Source of the DNA: Chloroflexota bacterium | GTDB lineage: Bacteria > Chloroflexota > Anaerolineae > Anaerolineales > UBA11579 | Direction of reading: 5' to 3' | NCBI GenBank assembly: GCA_013112575.1 | Contig: JABFGG010000003.1 | Span: 83,096 to 147,095, forward strand | DNA: 64,000 nucleotides | In this document: one piece after another, positions 8,600-20,160 of the stretch | Numbering within the stretch: the stretch's first letter is position 1 | How the letters are laid out: every line of letters begins with the position of its first letter | Notes under the pieces: generated by a model | What the model was told of the DNA's origin: nothing | Databases searched by the model: none | Seen by the model: only the letters and a program-made list of their open reading frames with translations | Position numbers and translations under genes: made by a program

Positions 8600-8657
8600 G
8601 AATAAGCAATAGACTGGTTATTCAAAAGCTGCCCAATCGGGCAGCTTTTTTTATTTT
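8574..8657 (+). promoter_or_regulatory. Attenuator: mutually exclusive antiterminator and terminator
   Basis: ATTGGGCAGC (8574-8583, inside the leader ORF) is perfectly complementary to GCTGCCCAAT (8628-8637), which is also the 5' arm of the terminator. Confidence 0.55.
8623..8657 (+). terminator. Intrinsic terminator 22 nt upstream of the ilvD ATG
   Basis: AGCTGCCC (8627-8634), aatc loop, GGGCAGCT (8639-8646), then TTTTTTTATTTT. Confidence 0.8.
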
Positions 8658-8678
8658 GGAGAATAGAGAGGAACAAGC

Positions 8679-10334
8679 ATGCGCTCAGACATCATCAAAA
8701 CCGGTTACGACCGAGCCCCCGCAAGAGCAATGCTCAAGGCAGTTGGCTTTACAGATGAAGACCTTAAGAAGCCCATTATCGGTGTAGCCAATACTTGGAT
8801 CGAAGTTGGCCCCTGTAACTTCCATTTGCGACGATTGGCAGCCAGAGTAAAGGAAGGCATCCGTGCAGCAGGTGGTACGCCAATGGAATTCAACACGGTC
8901 TCCATCTCAGACGGAATCACCATGGGTACAGAGGGCATGAAAGCCTCGCTGATCAGCCGTGAGGTCATCGCCGACTCGATCGAGCTGGTCGCTCAGGCTA
9001 ACCAGTTCGATGCTGTCGTGGCCCTATCCGGTTGTGACAAAACCATCCCGGGAACCATCATGGCGCTGGCGCGTCTTGATGTGCCCGGGATGATGTTATA
9101 TGGTGGATCTATTGCCGCAGGTAGTTTTGAAGGGCGTGATGTGACCGTGCAGGATGTCTTTGAAGCGGTGGGGGCCCACGCTGCTGGGCATATGAGTGCT
9201 GAACAACTGAAAGCTCTGGAAGACGCGGCTTGCCCTGGGCCGGGGGCATGCGGTGGGCAGTTCACGGCCAACACCATGGCGACGGCTGGTGAGTTCCTGG
9301 GCATCAGCCCAATGAGCACGGCCAGCGTACCGGCTACCGATGGTGACAAGGATGATGTTGCCTTTGGGATTGGTCAGACCCTCATGGATATGCTGGAGCG
9401 GGGCACTAAAGCACGCGACATCCTCACACGTGAAGCCATTGAAAATTCCATCATGTCCGTGGTGGCGACTGGCGGCTCGACCAATGCCGTATTGCATCTC
9501 CTGGCAATCGCCAACGAAGCTGGCGTGGAATTGGATATTGACGTCTTTGACCAGATCAGCAACAAGACCCCTTTATTGGCAGACCTTAAACCCGGTGGAC
9601 GTTTTGTGGCTATTGATTTGCATAAAGCCGGGGGCATCCAATTGGTAGCCCAACGGCTGCATGAAGCAGGCTTATTACATTCTGACGCTATCACCGTGAC
9701 GGGCAAGACAATTGGTGAAGAAGCTCAAAAAGCGGAAGAAACTGAAGGCCAGGAAGTGGTGCGGTCACTGGACAACCCCGTCAAAGAAACCGGCGGCCTG
9801 GTGATCCTCAAGGGCAATCTCGCCCCGGAAGGCTGTGTGGTCAAGATCGCAGGACATGATATGCGCCATCACAGCGGACCGGCACGGGTATATGATTGTG
9901 AAGAGGATTGTTTCGAGGCCGTGCAGAGCGGCGAGATCAAACCCGGGGACGTGGTCGTGATCCGTTACGAAGGTCCCATGGGCGGCCCGGGGATGCGCGA
10001 AATGCTGGGAGTTACGGCGGCCATCGTAGGGGCCAAACTGGATGACTCCGTTGCTTTGCTCACTGACGGCCGCTTCTCCGGGGCCACACACGGCCTGATG
10101 GCTGGGCACGTTGCACCAGAAGCAGCGCGTGGTGGCCCGATCGCCGCCGTACAGAATGGGGACACGATCACTTTTGATGTAGAAAAACGCCAATTGAATC
10201 TCGAAATAACAGAAGAAGAAATGAAATCCCGCATGCAAGACTGGCAGGCTCCCACACCTCGATACGCCCGCGGGGTGATGGCCAAGTATGCCCGTCTGGT
10301 GTCTTCGGCTGCCGAAGGTGCAGTATGCGTATAG
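8679..10334 (+). CDS. ilvD: Dihydroxy-acid dehydratase
   Basis: ILVD/EDD family motifs ([20 protein letters not shown]). 551 aa. Confidence 0.96.
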   Translation: MRSDIIKTGYDRAPARAMLKAVGFTDEDLKKPIIGVANTWIEVGPCNFHLRRLAARVKEGIRAAGGTPMEFNTVSISDGITMGTEGMKASLISREVIADSIELVAQANQFDAVVALSGCDKTIPGTIMALARLDVPGMMLYGGSIAAGSFEGRDVTVQDVFEAVGAHAAGHMSAEQLKALEDAACPGPGACGGQFTANTMATAGEFLGISPMSTASVPATDGDKDDVAFGIGQTLMDMLERGTKARDILTREAIENSIMSVVATGGSTNAVLHLLAIANEAGVELDIDVFDQISNKTPLLADLKPGGRFVAIDLHKAGGIQLVAQRLHEAGLLHSDAITVTGKTIGEEAQKAEETEGQEVVRSLDNPVKETGGLVILKGNLAPEGCVVKIAGHDMRHHSGPARVYDCEEDCFEAVQSGEIKPGDVVVIRYEGPMGGPGMREMLGVTAAIVGAKLDDSVALLTDGRFSGATHGLMAGHVAPEAARGGPIAAVQNGDTITFDVEKRQLNLEITEEEMKSRMQDWQAPTPRYARGVMAKYARLVSSAAEGAVCV

Positions 10335-10366
10335 CCCACTCACTTAAAGATGAAAGGGAGTAGACA

Positions 10367-12070
10367 ATGAAGAAGAAAGGCGCACAAATATTTTGGGAAT
10401 GTATGGTCCGCGAAGGCGTTGAAGTGGTCTTTGGCTATCCTGGCGGTGCCATTATGCCCATCCACGATGCCATGTTGGAGTTCCCTGTGCACCACGTGCT
10501 CGTACGCCACGAGCAAGGGGCCGCACACATGGCAGATGGCTATGCGCGCACCTCAGGCAAGGTCGGTGTGGCCATGGCTACTTCCGGCCCGGGAGCAACC
10601 AACCTTGTGACAGGCATTGGAACGGCTATGATGGATTCATCGCCGATTGTGTGTGTCACCGGACAGGTGGCTTCCGAATTTATTGGCGGCGATGCATTCC
10701 AGGAAATGGATGTGACCGGTATTACTCTGCCGATCACGAAACACAACTTCCTGATCACGCGGGCAGACGAGATCGCCGATGTGGTGCGCGAGGCATTCTA
10801 CATTGCTAAGAGTGGCAGACCCGGACCCGTATTGATCGATATTTGCAAAGATGCACAAGTGACGGAAACGGACTTTGAGTATCCAGAAGAGCTTTCCCTG
10901 CCGGGCTACACTCCACCGGTCCAGGCTCCTACGGCAGACCTGCAACGTGCGGCAGAACTGATCGAAGCTGCAGAGCGTCCCGTGATCCTGGCTGGGCATG
11001 GCGTATTAATGTCTGATGCGATGGATGAGCTGCGCTTCTTCGCCGAAAAGACCCAAACACCGGTTGCTATGACCTTATTAGGTTTGGGTGGTTTTCCTGC
11101 TTCACACACGCTCAGCCTGGGCATGATGGGTATGCATGGCGAATTCTATTGCAATAACGCCATCCAGAACGCGGATCTGTTGCTGGCCTTTGGTATGCGC
11201 TTTGATGACCGCGTTACGGGCAAGCTGGATACCTATGCCCCCAATGCCAAAAAGGTGCACGTAGAGATCGATCCGAGCGAGGTGCACAAGAATGTTGCAG
11301 TAGATGTGCCCTTGGTAGGTGACCTCAAAACGGTTTTGGGTGAATTGAATACCATGATCGAGCCGGGTGACCGTGAGGAATGGATCGAAGAGATCGCCAA
11401 GTGGCGCATTGATACAGTCAAACATGACATCCTGAGCTGGCCCAACGATGGGCAGCTTTACTCAACCAGTGTGATCAACCATATCTGGGAAGAGACCAAA
11501 GGTGACCGTATCGTCACAACTGACGTGGGCCAACACCAGATGTGGACGGCACAGTATTACCAGTTCGAGAGACCGCACCGCCTGGTGACTTCTGGTGGGG
11601 CAGGCACCATGGGCTTTGGCTTACCCTCAGCCATTGGGGCCTGGTTTGCCCATCCTGACAAGGAGATCTGGACTGTGGTGGGCGACGGGGGCTTCCAGAT
11701 GACCCAGGCTGAATTGGCTACAGCCATGCAGGAAGGAGCCAACGTCAAGATCGCCGTTATAAACAACCACTTTTTGGGTATGGTGCGCCAGTGGCAGGAG
11801 TTCTTCTTTGAGAAGCGCTACGTGGCTACGCCATTGCACAACCCCGATTTTGTCAAACTGGCCCAGGCTTATGATGTTCCGGCCCGCCGAGTAACCGAGC
11901 CGGATGAAGTGCTACCTGCTATTGAGTTCGCACAAAAAACGCCCGGCCCAGTGTTGCTGGACTTCTGGGTCGAAAAAGAAGAGATCGTTTACCCGATGGT
12001 GCCCTCTGGAGCGGCCTTGCATGACATGTTGCGCCGCCCGGAAAAGCCCAAGACGCCGCTGGCTGAATGA
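10367..12070 (+). CDS. ilvB: Acetolactate synthase large subunit
   Basis: ThDP-enzyme architecture with VVGDGGFQM...NN ThDP motif. 567 aa. The ACT-domain small subunit follows. Confidence 0.95.
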   Translation: MKKKGAQIFWECMVREGVEVVFGYPGGAIMPIHDAMLEFPVHHVLVRHEQGAAHMADGYARTSGKVGVAMATSGPGATNLVTGIGTAMMDSSPIVCVTGQVASEFIGGDAFQEMDVTGITLPITKHNFLITRADEIADVVREAFYIAKSGRPGPVLIDICKDAQVTETDFEYPEELSLPGYTPPVQAPTADLQRAAELIEAAERPVILAGHGVLMSDAMDELRFFAEKTQTPVAMTLLGLGGFPASHTLSLGMMGMHGEFYCNNAIQNADLLLAFGMRFDDRVTGKLDTYAPNAKKVHVEIDPSEVHKNVAVDVPLVGDLKTVLGELNTMIEPGDREEWIEEIAKWRIDTVKHDILSWPNDGQLYSTSVINHIWEETKGDRIVTTDVGQHQMWTAQYYQFERPHRLVTSGGAGTMGFGLPSAIGAWFAHPDKEIWTVVGDGGFQMTQAELATAMQEGANVKIAVINNHFLGMVRQWQEFFFEKRYVATPLHNPDFVKLAQAYDVPARRVTEPDEVLPAIEFAQKTPGPVLLDFWVEKEEIVYPMVPSGAALHDMLRRPEKPKTPLAE

Positions 12071-12089
12071 GCGCAGGAGAGAAACACTG

Positions 12090-12641
12090 ATGAATCAAAA
12101 TTTGTTAATTGCAAAAGTTGAGAACAAGCCCGGTGTGTTGAACCGTGTGGCATCATTGTTCCGCCGCCGTAACTTCAATATCGAGTCGCTTAACGTAGGT
12201 CACTCTGAAACCCCTGATGTTTCGCGCATGACGATCGCGATGGATGCTTCGCAGGTCGATGTGAAACTTGTGGAGGCTAACCTTTATAAGCTGGTCAATG
12301 TCATCGATGTGCAGGATGTCAGCAACCATCCCAATATTACGCGCGACCTGGCCTTGATTAAAGTAACGGCCAATGCTGAACAACGTGCCGAGATCGCCAA
12401 CCTGGTGCAGCTATTCCGCGCCAAAGTGGTGGATGTGGCGGCAGGGTCTGTGATCGTGGAAGTGACCGGAACGCTGGATAAAGTTGAAGCACTGATCAAC
12501 CTGTTACGCCCAATGGGCGTTAAAGAGATCGTACGCACCGGCCAGATAGCGATGTTGCGCGGTGATGGCATTGGTACGCGCCATACCCCGGGCGCTAATG
12601 GCAACAAACAATCGAATAACAAAGAAGAAGAGAGAAAATAA
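12090..12641 (+). CDS. ilvN: Acetolactate synthase small (regulatory) subunit
   Basis: The ATG at 12090 gives [34 protein letters not shown] (ACT domain). The tracked ORF start at 11904 is an in-frame extension inside ilvB. Confidence 0.92.
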   Translation: MNQNLLIAKVENKPGVLNRVASLFRRRNFNIESLNVGHSETPDVSRMTIAMDASQVDVKLVEANLYKLVNVIDVQDVSNHPNITRDLALIKVTANAEQRAEIANLVQLFRAKVVDVAAGSVIVEVTGTLDKVEALINLLRPMGVKEIVRTGQIAMLRGDGIGTRHTPGANGNKQSNNKEEERK

Positions 12642-12643
12642 TT

Positions 12644-13657
12644 ATGGCAAACATTTATTACGACAAGGATGCAAATCCTGAACTTATTAAGGCTAAAAAA
12701 GTAGCTGTTGTAGGCTACGGCTCGCAGGGGCATGCCCACGCGCTCAATTTGCAAGACAGCGGAGTGGAGGTGCGCGTGGGTTTGCACCCTGAGAGCAAGT
12801 CGTGGGCCAAGGCAGAAGGGGATGGGGTGCGGGTGTCCAGTGTGGCAGAAGCGGCAGAATGGGGCGATGTGATCATGATCCTGGCACCCGATACTGTACA
12901 GCCGGAGATCTATACTACGCAAATTGAACCCTATCTCACGGCAGGCAAAACCCTGATGTTCGGGCATGGCTTCAACATTCGTTTTGAAACCATCACCCCG
13001 CCGGAAAACGTGGACGTGACCATGGTGGCGCCTAAGGCTCCCGGGCATCGCGTGCGCGAAGTATATAAAGAAGGTGCAGGGACTCCGGCCTTGATAGCTG
13101 TCCACCAGGATGCCAGTGGTGAAGCTAAAGAACAGACGATCTCCTACGCACATGGCATTGGCTCGACGCGGGCCGGGGCCATTGAAACCACCTTTGCTGA
13201 AGAAACTGAGACAGATCTTTTTGGCGAACAGGCTGTGCTGTGCGGTGGTGTTTCCGCTCTTGTACAAGCGGGCTTTGAGACCCTGGTCAAATCCGGTTAC
13301 CAGCCAGAGATCGCCTATTTTGAGTGCATGCATGAACTTAAATTGATCGTTGACCTTATGTATCAGGGCGGTTTGAACTACATGCGCTACTCGGTGTCCG
13401 ATACAGCGGAACATGGCGACTACACCGGTGGCGAGCGGCTTATCACCGAAGAAGTCAAGGGCGAAATGTACAAGATGCTCTCGGAGATCCAGGATGGCAC
13501 GTATGCCAAGAAATGGATCGATGAGAATCAGAATGGCCGCCCGTGGTTCAACGAACGGCGAGCCCAGGAACAAGAGCATGTCATTGAAAAGGTGGGCGCA
13601 GAGCTGCGCGGCATGATGCCATTTATTGATGACGTGAATATTAAGGCTGGAGATTGA
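12644..13657 (+). CDS. ilvC: Ketol-acid reductoisomerase
   Basis: [19 protein letters not shown]-binding motif. 337 aa, class I KARI size. Confidence 0.96.
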   Translation: MANIYYDKDANPELIKAKKVAVVGYGSQGHAHALNLQDSGVEVRVGLHPESKSWAKAEGDGVRVSSVAEAAEWGDVIMILAPDTVQPEIYTTQIEPYLTAGKTLMFGHGFNIRFETITPPENVDVTMVAPKAPGHRVREVYKEGAGTPALIAVHQDASGEAKEQTISYAHGIGSTRAGAIETTFAEETETDLFGEQAVLCGGVSALVQAGFETLVKSGYQPEIAYFECMHELKLIVDLMYQGGLNYMRYSVSDTAEHGDYTGGERLITEEVKGEMYKMLSEIQDGTYAKKWIDENQNGRPWFNERRAQEQEHVIEKVGAELRGMMPFIDDVNIKAGD

Positions 13658-13658
13658 C

Positions 13659-13711
13659 GTAAACAGCGGTAAGTGCTTCTGATTATTAAAAGAAAATACA
13701 CCGCTGTTTAC
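13659..13711 (+). other. Long-loop hairpin 1 in the ilvC-leuA spacer
   Basis: GTAAACAGCGGT (13659-13670) and ACCGCTGTTTAC (13700-13711) form a perfect 12-bp stem around a 29-nt AT-rich loop, followed by TTTAA. Confidence 0.6.
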
Positions 13712-13716
13712 TTTAA

Positions 13717-13768
13717 GTAATTGGCCGATATAAACCATTTGAGTTTAGTACTACTTTCGGCCAATTAC
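13717..13768 (+). other. Long-loop hairpin 2 in the ilvC-leuA spacer
   Basis: GTAATTGGCCGA (13717-13728) and TCGGCCAATTAC (13757-13768) form a perfect 12-bp stem around a 28-nt loop. It ends 3 nt before the leuA SD GGAG. Confidence 0.6.
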
Positions 13769-13782
13769 ATTGGAGCTAAACA

Positions 13783-15441
13783 ATGATTGACAAGAATTAC
13801 GTCCGTTTTTTTGATACGACCCTGCGGGATGGTGAGCAATCGCCTGGGGCGACCCTGACCTCTGCTGAAAAGCTTGAGATCGCGCGCTCCCTTGCCCGCC
13901 TGGGCGTGGACGTGATCGAGGCTGGTTTTCCAGCCGCTTCGAAAGATGACCTCGAAGGTGTACGCCAGATTGCCATTGAAGTCGGCAATCCGTCCAAAGG
14001 TGAGGAAGACCAGCCTGTACCTATTATTTGTGGTCTGGCACGTGCCAATGAAAGCGACATTGACGCTGCCTGGGATGCGGTGCAACACGCCGCCCATCCG
14101 CGTATCCATACTTTCTTGGCGACTTCTCCCATTCATATGGAACACAAGCTGCGCATGGACCCTGAAGAAGTGGTTGAACGCGTAAAAGAAATGGTGACTT
14201 ATGCCAAGGCATATTGTGATGATGTGGAGTTCTCGCCCGAGGATGCTGGGCGCAGCGACCCCGAGTTCCTCTACCTGGTATTGGGCGAAGCCATCAAAGC
14301 CGGGGCGACAACGCTTAATATCCCCGACACGGTCGGTTATACGACCCCGGAGGAATTCGGTGGCCTTATCGCAGGGATCATGGAACATACCCCCGGCGTG
14401 GAAGATGTGATCGTCTCCGTGCACTGCCACGATGACCTTGGACTGGCCACAGCCAACACGTTGGCCGGTATTCAGGCCGGGGCGCGCCAGGCCGAAGTGA
14501 CCATGAATGGTATCGGCGAACGTGCCGGTAACACTTCCCTGGAAGAGATCGTGATGGCCTTGCGCACGCGCCAGCCTGTCTTTGAATTAGAGACGGGTAT
14601 CGATACAACACTGATTACGCGGGTCAGCCGCCAGGTTTCTAACTACACGGGTATCCCTGTGCAGCCTAATAAAGCCATTGTGGGTGCCAATGCCTTTGCG
14701 CATGAGGCTGGCATCCACCAGGATGGCATGTTGAAGCACAATGAGACCTACGAGATCATGCGGCCCGAGATGGTGGGCCTCAACCAATCACGATTGGTCT
14801 TAGGCAAACACTCGGGTCGTCATGCTTTTAAAGTACGGCTGGCAGAGTTGGGACACGAGCTAGATCAGGATGAATTGAACCTGGCCTTTGTGCGCTTCAA
14901 GGAGCTGGCCGACAAAAAGAAAGAGATCACGGATGCTGACCTGGAAGCCCTGGTGGCAGACGAGATCTACCAGCCGACAGAGATTTATAAGCTGGACGGC
15001 TTGCAGGTTGCCTGCGGCACAATGGGCCTGGCAACAGCCACCGTACGTTTGGTAGGGCCGGAAGAGGATACGCATGAATTTGCAGCCATTGGTAGTGGTC
15101 CAGTGGATGCGACATATAAGGCCATTGATGGCATTGTAGAGACGGAGAATAACCTGCTGGAATACAGTGTGAACGCCGTAACCGAAGGCGTGGATGCTAT
15201 GGGGCAGGTATCTGTACGCCTCGAAGCTGAAACGGGTGAAATCGCCGGACGTACCTCGCCACAAAGTGGGGCACGCACGGCGCGTACCTTTGGCGGACAC
15301 GGCGCGGATACGGACATCATTGTGGCCAGTGCCCGTGCTTATCTCTCTGCATTGAACAAACTGCTGGAAGCCAGCGGTAAGTATGGCGAGTTCAGCCCCA
15401 CAGCTGAAGTCTCAGCCCCGGCCCCAGAAAAGGTAGCCTGA
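13783..15441 (+). CDS. leuA: 2-isopropylmalate synthase (long form with C-terminal regulatory domain)
   Basis: [13 protein letters not shown] and [13 protein letters not shown] motifs. 552 aa. Confidence 0.93.
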   Translation: MIDKNYVRFFDTTLRDGEQSPGATLTSAEKLEIARSLARLGVDVIEAGFPAASKDDLEGVRQIAIEVGNPSKGEEDQPVPIICGLARANESDIDAAWDAVQHAAHPRIHTFLATSPIHMEHKLRMDPEEVVERVKEMVTYAKAYCDDVEFSPEDAGRSDPEFLYLVLGEAIKAGATTLNIPDTVGYTTPEEFGGLIAGIMEHTPGVEDVIVSVHCHDDLGLATANTLAGIQAGARQAEVTMNGIGERAGNTSLEEIVMALRTRQPVFELETGIDTTLITRVSRQVSNYTGIPVQPNKAIVGANAFAHEAGIHQDGMLKHNETYEIMRPEMVGLNQSRLVLGKHSGRHAFKVRLAELGHELDQDELNLAFVRFKELADKKKEITDADLEALVADEIYQPTEIYKLDGLQVACGTMGLATATVRLVGPEEDTHEFAAIGSGPVDATYKAIDGIVETENNLLEYSVNAVTEGVDAMGQVSVRLEAETGEIAGRTSPQSGARTARTFGGHGADTDIIVASARAYLSALNKLLEASGKYGEFSPTAEVSAPAPEKVA

Positions 15442-15458
15442 TTTATGGAGCAACGTAG

Positions 15459-16868
15459 ATGACCCAAGCCAGAACGCTCTTTGAAAAAGTGTGGGACCAG
15501 CACGTGATCGTGCAGGAGAAAGCTTCGCCTGCCGTGTTGTACATAGACTTGCATCTGATCCACGAAGTGACCTCACCGCAGGCCTTCACCGGACTGAGAC
15601 AACGTGGCCTGAAGGTGCGCCGCCCGGATAGAACCGTGGCGACCATGGACCACTCCACACCCACCACGCCACTAAGTGTGCCCATGCTGGATACACAAGC
15701 AGCCTCCCAGCTGAGCATGCTGGAAGAGAATTGCCAGGAGTTTGGCATCGAATTGCACAAACTTGGCTCTAAAAAGCAGGGCATTGTGCACGTGATCGGC
15801 CCGGAGATGGGCCTGGTGCAGCCTGGCATGACCATTGTGTGTGGGGACAGCCACACGGCTACACATGGTGCCTTTGGCACACTGGCTTTCGGTATTGGCA
15901 CCTCAGAAGTCGAACACGTGCTGGCAACCCAAAGCTTGTTGCAGCACAAACCCAAAACCTATGAAGTGCGTATAGATGGACAGTTGGCGCGGGGTGTCTC
16001 TGCCAAAGACATCATCCTGGCCCTACTTTCCAAGATCGGCGTACATGGTGGTACCGGGCACGTCTTTGAATACACTGGTTCAGCCATCCGCGGCCTTTCG
16101 ATGGAAGAACGCATGACGGTTTGTAATATGTCGATTGAAGGTGGGGCGCGGGCAGGCATGGTTGCGCCGGATGAAACCACCTATGAATACCTGGCCGGGC
16201 GTGAATTCGCCCCGCAAGGAGATGAATGGGATCAGGCGGTGGCGCGCTGGAAGGATTTGCCCACTGACGAAGGGGCGACCTATGACAACTCTGTCACGCT
16301 GGATACCTCTGATCTGGCGCCGATGATCACCTATGGCACCAATCCGGGTCTGGGCATGCAGGTCACCGAGCGCATACCTGATCCGGATAAACTGCCGAAT
16401 GTGAATGAACGCCAAGCCCTGGAAAAGGCGCTGAACTATATGGCCCTGAAACCCGGCCAGCCTTTGCTCGACCATCCGGTGGATGTGGTCTTTATCGGGA
16501 GCTGCACCAACTCGCGAATTTCTGATCTGCGTCTGGCTGCCGGATTGATCAAAGATCGTAAGGTGGCTGAAGGGGTACGTATGCTGGTTGTGCCCGGTTC
16601 GCAGTCTGTTAAACGCCAAGCCGAGGCGGAAGGCCTTGATGAGGTCTTCAAGAATGCCGGGGCCGAGTGGCGTGAAGCCGGTTGTTCCATGTGCATCGCC
16701 ATGAACGGCGACCAACTGGAACCCGGCCAGTATGCGGTGAGCACCAGCAACCGCAATTTTGAGGGTCGTCAGGGCAAGGGTGGACGCACCTTTTTGGCCT
16801 CGCCACTGACGGCTGCTGCTACAGCAATAAATGGGCGCATTACGGATGCGCGCAGCATGCTCCAATAG
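15459..16868 (+). CDS. leuC: 3-isopropylmalate dehydratase large subunit
   Basis: Aconitase-family motifs ([22 protein letters not shown]). Confidence 0.95.
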   Translation: MTQARTLFEKVWDQHVIVQEKASPAVLYIDLHLIHEVTSPQAFTGLRQRGLKVRRPDRTVATMDHSTPTTPLSVPMLDTQAASQLSMLEENCQEFGIELHKLGSKKQGIVHVIGPEMGLVQPGMTIVCGDSHTATHGAFGTLAFGIGTSEVEHVLATQSLLQHKPKTYEVRIDGQLARGVSAKDIILALLSKIGVHGGTGHVFEYTGSAIRGLSMEERMTVCNMSIEGGARAGMVAPDETTYEYLAGREFAPQGDEWDQAVARWKDLPTDEGATYDNSVTLDTSDLAPMITYGTNPGLGMQVTERIPDPDKLPNVNERQALEKALNYMALKPGQPLLDHPVDVVFIGSCTNSRISDLRLAAGLIKDRKVAEGVRMLVVPGSQSVKRQAEAEGLDEVFKNAGAEWREAGCSMCIAMNGDQLEPGQYAVSTSNRNFEGRQGKGGRTFLASPLTAAATAINGRITDARSMLQ

Positions 16869-16877
16869 GAAAATACC

Positions 16878-17474
16878 ATGCAGAAATTTGACACATTACG
16901 TTCCAAGTTGATCCCTTTGCCACATAACAACATTGATACCGACCAGATCATCCCGGCGCGCTATTTGAAAGTCACCGATAAGTCCGGGCTGGCAGAGGGA
17001 CTGTTCACGGATTGGCGCTATGAAGATGATGGCAGCCCTAAAGAGGATTTTGTGCTGAACGATGATCGCTATCAAGAAGCAAACATTTTGCTGGCGGGCG
17101 ACAACTTCGGCTGTGGCTCCTCACGAGAACATGCCCCCTGGGCTTTGGTGGGCTGGGGAGTGCAGGCTGTGGTCAGCACCTCCTTTGCCGACATCTTTAA
17201 AAGTAATGCACTCAAGAATGGACTGCTGCCCGTGGTAGTGGATGAAGAAACACACCAATCGCTGTTCGACCTGACGGAAGAAGCTCCCGATGCGGAAGTG
17301 CACATTGATCTGGGTGCCCAGGAAATGACCCTCCCGGATGGCTCAACCGTGGAGTTCCCGGTGGATGCTTTTGCCAAAAGCTGCTTGTTGGCAGGTGTAG
17401 ACCAGTTGGGCTATATTCAGTCCTTCGACGAGCATATCACCAGCTACGAGCAGGAAAGAGCGATCTTCGGATGA
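16878..17474 (+). CDS. leuD: 3-isopropylmalate dehydratase small subunit
   Basis: GDNFGCGSSREHAPWAL motif. 198 aa. Confidence 0.95.
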   Translation: MQKFDTLRSKLIPLPHNNIDTDQIIPARYLKVTDKSGLAEGLFTDWRYEDDGSPKEDFVLNDDRYQEANILLAGDNFGCGSSREHAPWALVGWGVQAVVSTSFADIFKSNALKNGLLPVVVDEETHQSLFDLTEEAPDAEVHIDLGAQEMTLPDGSTVEFPVDAFAKSCLLAGVDQLGYIQSFDEHITSYEQERAIFG

Positions 17475-19048
17475 ACGCCTTAGAGCCAGGGCAGGTTTTG
17501 ATATACGATACAACCTTGCGCGATGGCACCCAGCGCGAGGGCATTTCCCTGTCTTGTAATGACAAGCTGCGCATCGCCCAACGCCTGGACGATCTGGGTG
17601 TGGCATACATCGAGGGTGGCTGGCCGGGTTCGAATCCTAAGGATGTAGAGTTCTTTGAACGCCTGGATGAGTTGGACTTGCAAAATGCCAAGATCGCGGC
17701 CTTTGGTTCGACCTGCCGGGTAGGTTCTGCTCCTGAAGAAGATGAAAACCTCCAGGCTTTGTTGGATGCCGGTACGGACGTGTGTACCATTGTGGGTAAA
17801 AGCTGGACCTTGCACGTTACCGACGTATTGAAAACGGATAAAGAGGAGAACCTGCGCATCATTGAGGAAAGCGTGGCGTACTTAAAAGCCCAGGGCAAAG
17901 AAGTCATTTATGATGCCGAGCATTTCTTCGACGGCTATTTTGATGACGCGGATTATGCAATGAGCACTTTGCAAGCTGCGGCAAAAGGTGGGGCCGACTC
18001 AGTGGTGCTGTGTGACACGAATGGTGGCACACTGCCGCGCGATATGGCGCGTACCGTCAATGAGGTCAAGGCGGCCTTATCCGATGAGGTGCTACTGGGC
18101 ATCCACACGCATAATGACGGTGAATGTGCGGTGGCTAATACACTGGTCGCCGTTGAAGAAGGCGCTGTACATGTACAGGGCACGATCAACGGATATGGCG
18201 AACGCTGCGGCAATGCCAACCTTTGTAGCATCATCCCTGATCTTGAATTGAAGATGGGGCGCAAAACCTTGCCAGAAGGCAACCTGCCTGAGTTGTACGA
18301 CGTAGCCCATTTTGTGGCTGAGGTTGCTAACCTGGCTCCGGACGAGCATTTGGCTTACGTAGGGCAAAGCGCCTTTGCCCACAAGGGCGGCATCCACGTA
18401 GCGGCCATGTTGCGCAACATCCATAGCTACCAGCACATCGATCCCGAATTGGTTGGCAACCAGATGCGTACAGTGGTGTCGGAGCTTTCTGGGCGCGGCA
18501 ACTTGCTTTCCAAAGCTGAAGATTTGGATATTGATATTGAGGATAAGGCGCTGGTTAGCGAAGTCTTGCAGGAGATCAAGAAATTAGAGGCGCGCGGTTT
18601 TTCCTTTGAAGCTGCAGAAGCTTCTGTGGCTATGATGATGCACCGCCAAAAGCCCGGTTACAAGCCCCTGTTCGAACTTACGGATTATTCAGCCTCGGTC
18701 GAGAATCGACAGGGGCGCGGTGTGTTTGCCGAAGCTATGGTTAAGGTCAATGTGGAAGGTGAAGTTTTCCATACGGTGGCTGAAGGTAATGGGCCGGTCA
18801 ATGCCCTTGATGCAGCCATGCGCAAAGCCCTATCCCCTGTCTATCCACGCATTAATGATTTCCAATTGGCGGACTACAAGGTGCGCATTCTTGATGGCAA
18901 AAATGGTACTGCCGCCACCACCCGAGTTCTGATCGATACGCAGAATGGACACCAGCGCTGGAGCACGGTGGGGGCCAGCGCCAATATCATTGAAGCCAGT
19001 TGGCTGGCCCTGGCCGACAGCATAGAATATGGATTGAGCCTGACATGA
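17471..19048 (+). CDS. cimA: (R)-citramalate synthase (LeuA-family, CimA-type)
   Basis: [17 protein letters not shown] and [13 protein letters not shown] motifs. About 525 aa with a C-terminal LeuA-dimer-type domain. It is a second LeuA-family gene in the same operon. ATGA overlaps occur at both ends. Confidence 0.8.
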   Translation: MNALEPGQVLIYDTTLRDGTQREGISLSCNDKLRIAQRLDDLGVAYIEGGWPGSNPKDVEFFERLDELDLQNAKIAAFGSTCRVGSAPEEDENLQALLDAGTDVCTIVGKSWTLHVTDVLKTDKEENLRIIEESVAYLKAQGKEVIYDAEHFFDGYFDDADYAMSTLQAAAKGGADSVVLCDTNGGTLPRDMARTVNEVKAALSDEVLLGIHTHNDGECAVANTLVAVEEGAVHVQGTINGYGERCGNANLCSIIPDLELKMGRKTLPEGNLPELYDVAHFVAEVANLAPDEHLAYVGQSAFAHKGGIHVAAMLRNIHSYQHIDPELVGNQMRTVVSELSGRGNLLSKAEDLDIDIEDKALVSEVLQEIKKLEARGFSFEAAEASVAMMMHRQKPGYKPLFELTDYSASVENRQGRGVFAEAMVKVNVEGEVFHTVAEGNGPVNALDAAMRKALSPVYPRINDFQLADYKVRILDGKNGTAATTRVLIDTQNGHQRWSTVGASANIIEASWLALADSIEYGLSLT

Positions 19049-20136
19049 AAGCGAAGATCGTTACTTTACCCGGGGATGGCATCGGCCCTGAAGTGGTCAC
19101 GGCTGCGATTGAAGTGCTGGCAGCCGTGTGCAACAAATTTGGCTATGAATATGAGTTGGATGAACAGCTTATTGGTGGGAGTGCTTTAGATGTCGCTGGT
19201 TCCTCTTTACCTGAAGCTACTCTGAAAGCCTGTCGGCAGTCAGACGCGGTGCTTTTAGGGGCCGTAGGTGGCCCCAAATGGGATGATCCTAACGCCAGTG
19301 ACCGCCCCGAAAAAGGGTTGCTGGGTTTACGTAAAGAGCTGGGTTTATACGCCAACGTGCGCCCCGTGCGCCCGCATGCTGACCTGAGTAAAGCCTCGCC
19401 TTTGCGCGCTGATTTATTGGAAGGTGTGGACTTCACAGTGTTGCGAGAATTGACCGGCGGCATTTATTTTGGGGAACCGCGTGAACGCCGCCAGGAAAAT
19501 GGCCTCACACTGGCGCTTGATACCATGGTGTACAGTGACGCGGAAATCAGCCGTGCCGCGCATATGGCGTTTCGTCTGGCGCAGGGCCGTCGCGGCAAGC
19601 TGACTTCTGTAGACAAAGCTAACGTGCTGGAGAGCTCACGCTTATGGCGGCAAACGGTCACGCAGGTCGCCGAGGATTACCCGGATGTGGAATTGGAGCA
19701 CCTGCTGGTGGATGCTGCCGCCATGCACCTGTTGACGCGACCGGCTTCCTTTGACGTGATCGTGACCAGCAATTTGTTTGGCGACATCCTCACGGACGAA
19801 GCGTCGGTTCTGACGGGTTCGATGGGCAACCTGCCCTCGGCTTCACTGGGCGAGGATTTGAATCAATTCGGCCAGCCACGAGGATTGTATGAACCCATTC
19901 ACGGCTCGGCTCCGGATATCGCTGGTAAGGGCGTTGCCAACCCGGTGGGCACGATCAATTCCTTGGCCCTGATGTTGCGTTATTCGCTGGGTTGGGAAGA
20001 TGCGGCCGCGGCGGTGGAACAGGCTGTGGATGTGGCCTTATCGGATGGCTGCCGCACGGTCGATCTGGCTGCTGATGGCGAGAAGAGTTTGAATACCACT
20101 GAAATGTACGCCGAAGTTGTGGCGCGTATCAACTGA
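19045..20136 (+). CDS. leuB: 3-isopropylmalate dehydrogenase
   Basis: The ATG at 19045 gives [29 protein letters not shown] motif. The tracked start at 19000 is an extension inside cimA. Confidence 0.94.
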   Translation: MKAKIVTLPGDGIGPEVVTAAIEVLAAVCNKFGYEYELDEQLIGGSALDVAGSSLPEATLKACRQSDAVLLGAVGGPKWDDPNASDRPEKGLLGLRKELGLYANVRPVRPHADLSKASPLRADLLEGVDFTVLRELTGGIYFGEPRERRQENGLTLALDTMVYSDAEISRAAHMAFRLAQGRRGKLTSVDKANVLESSRLWRQTVTQVAEDYPDVELEHLLVDAAAMHLLTRPASFDVIVTSNLFGDILTDEASVLTGSMGNLPSASLGEDLNQFGQPRGLYEPIHGSAPDIAGKGVANPVGTINSLALMLRYSLGWEDAAAAVEQAVDVALSDGCRTVDLAADGEKSLNTTEMYAEVVARIN

Positions 20137-20160
20137 AATTGGAGAAGATGGAGAAATTGT

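Noticed and set aside
11904-12089. N-terminal extensions offered by the ORF track for ilvN (11904), leuB (19000), lysW (26416), argH (27815), the lipoprotein (41249), the membrane protein (37785), the DUF3365 protein (55334) and the phosphatase (46132)
   Set aside because: The extensions overlap the preceding gene's coding sequence, lack family-typical N-termini and lack an SD. Internal ATGs with an SD and canonical N-termini (for example [15 protein letters not shown] and [17 protein letters not shown]) were used instead.
12284-13738. 484-aa minus-strand ORF, one of the longest in the track
   Set aside because: It lies entirely antisense to ilvN and ilvC, whose products carry unmistakable family motifs. 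Its translation is low-complexity with no motif, no SD and no partner genes. It is a shadow ORF of GC-rich coding DNA.
17626-17637. GGGTTCGAATCC, a tRNA T-arm-like sequence
   Set aside because: It lies in frame inside cimA (codes WPGSNPK). No acceptor or anticodon stems are present around it.
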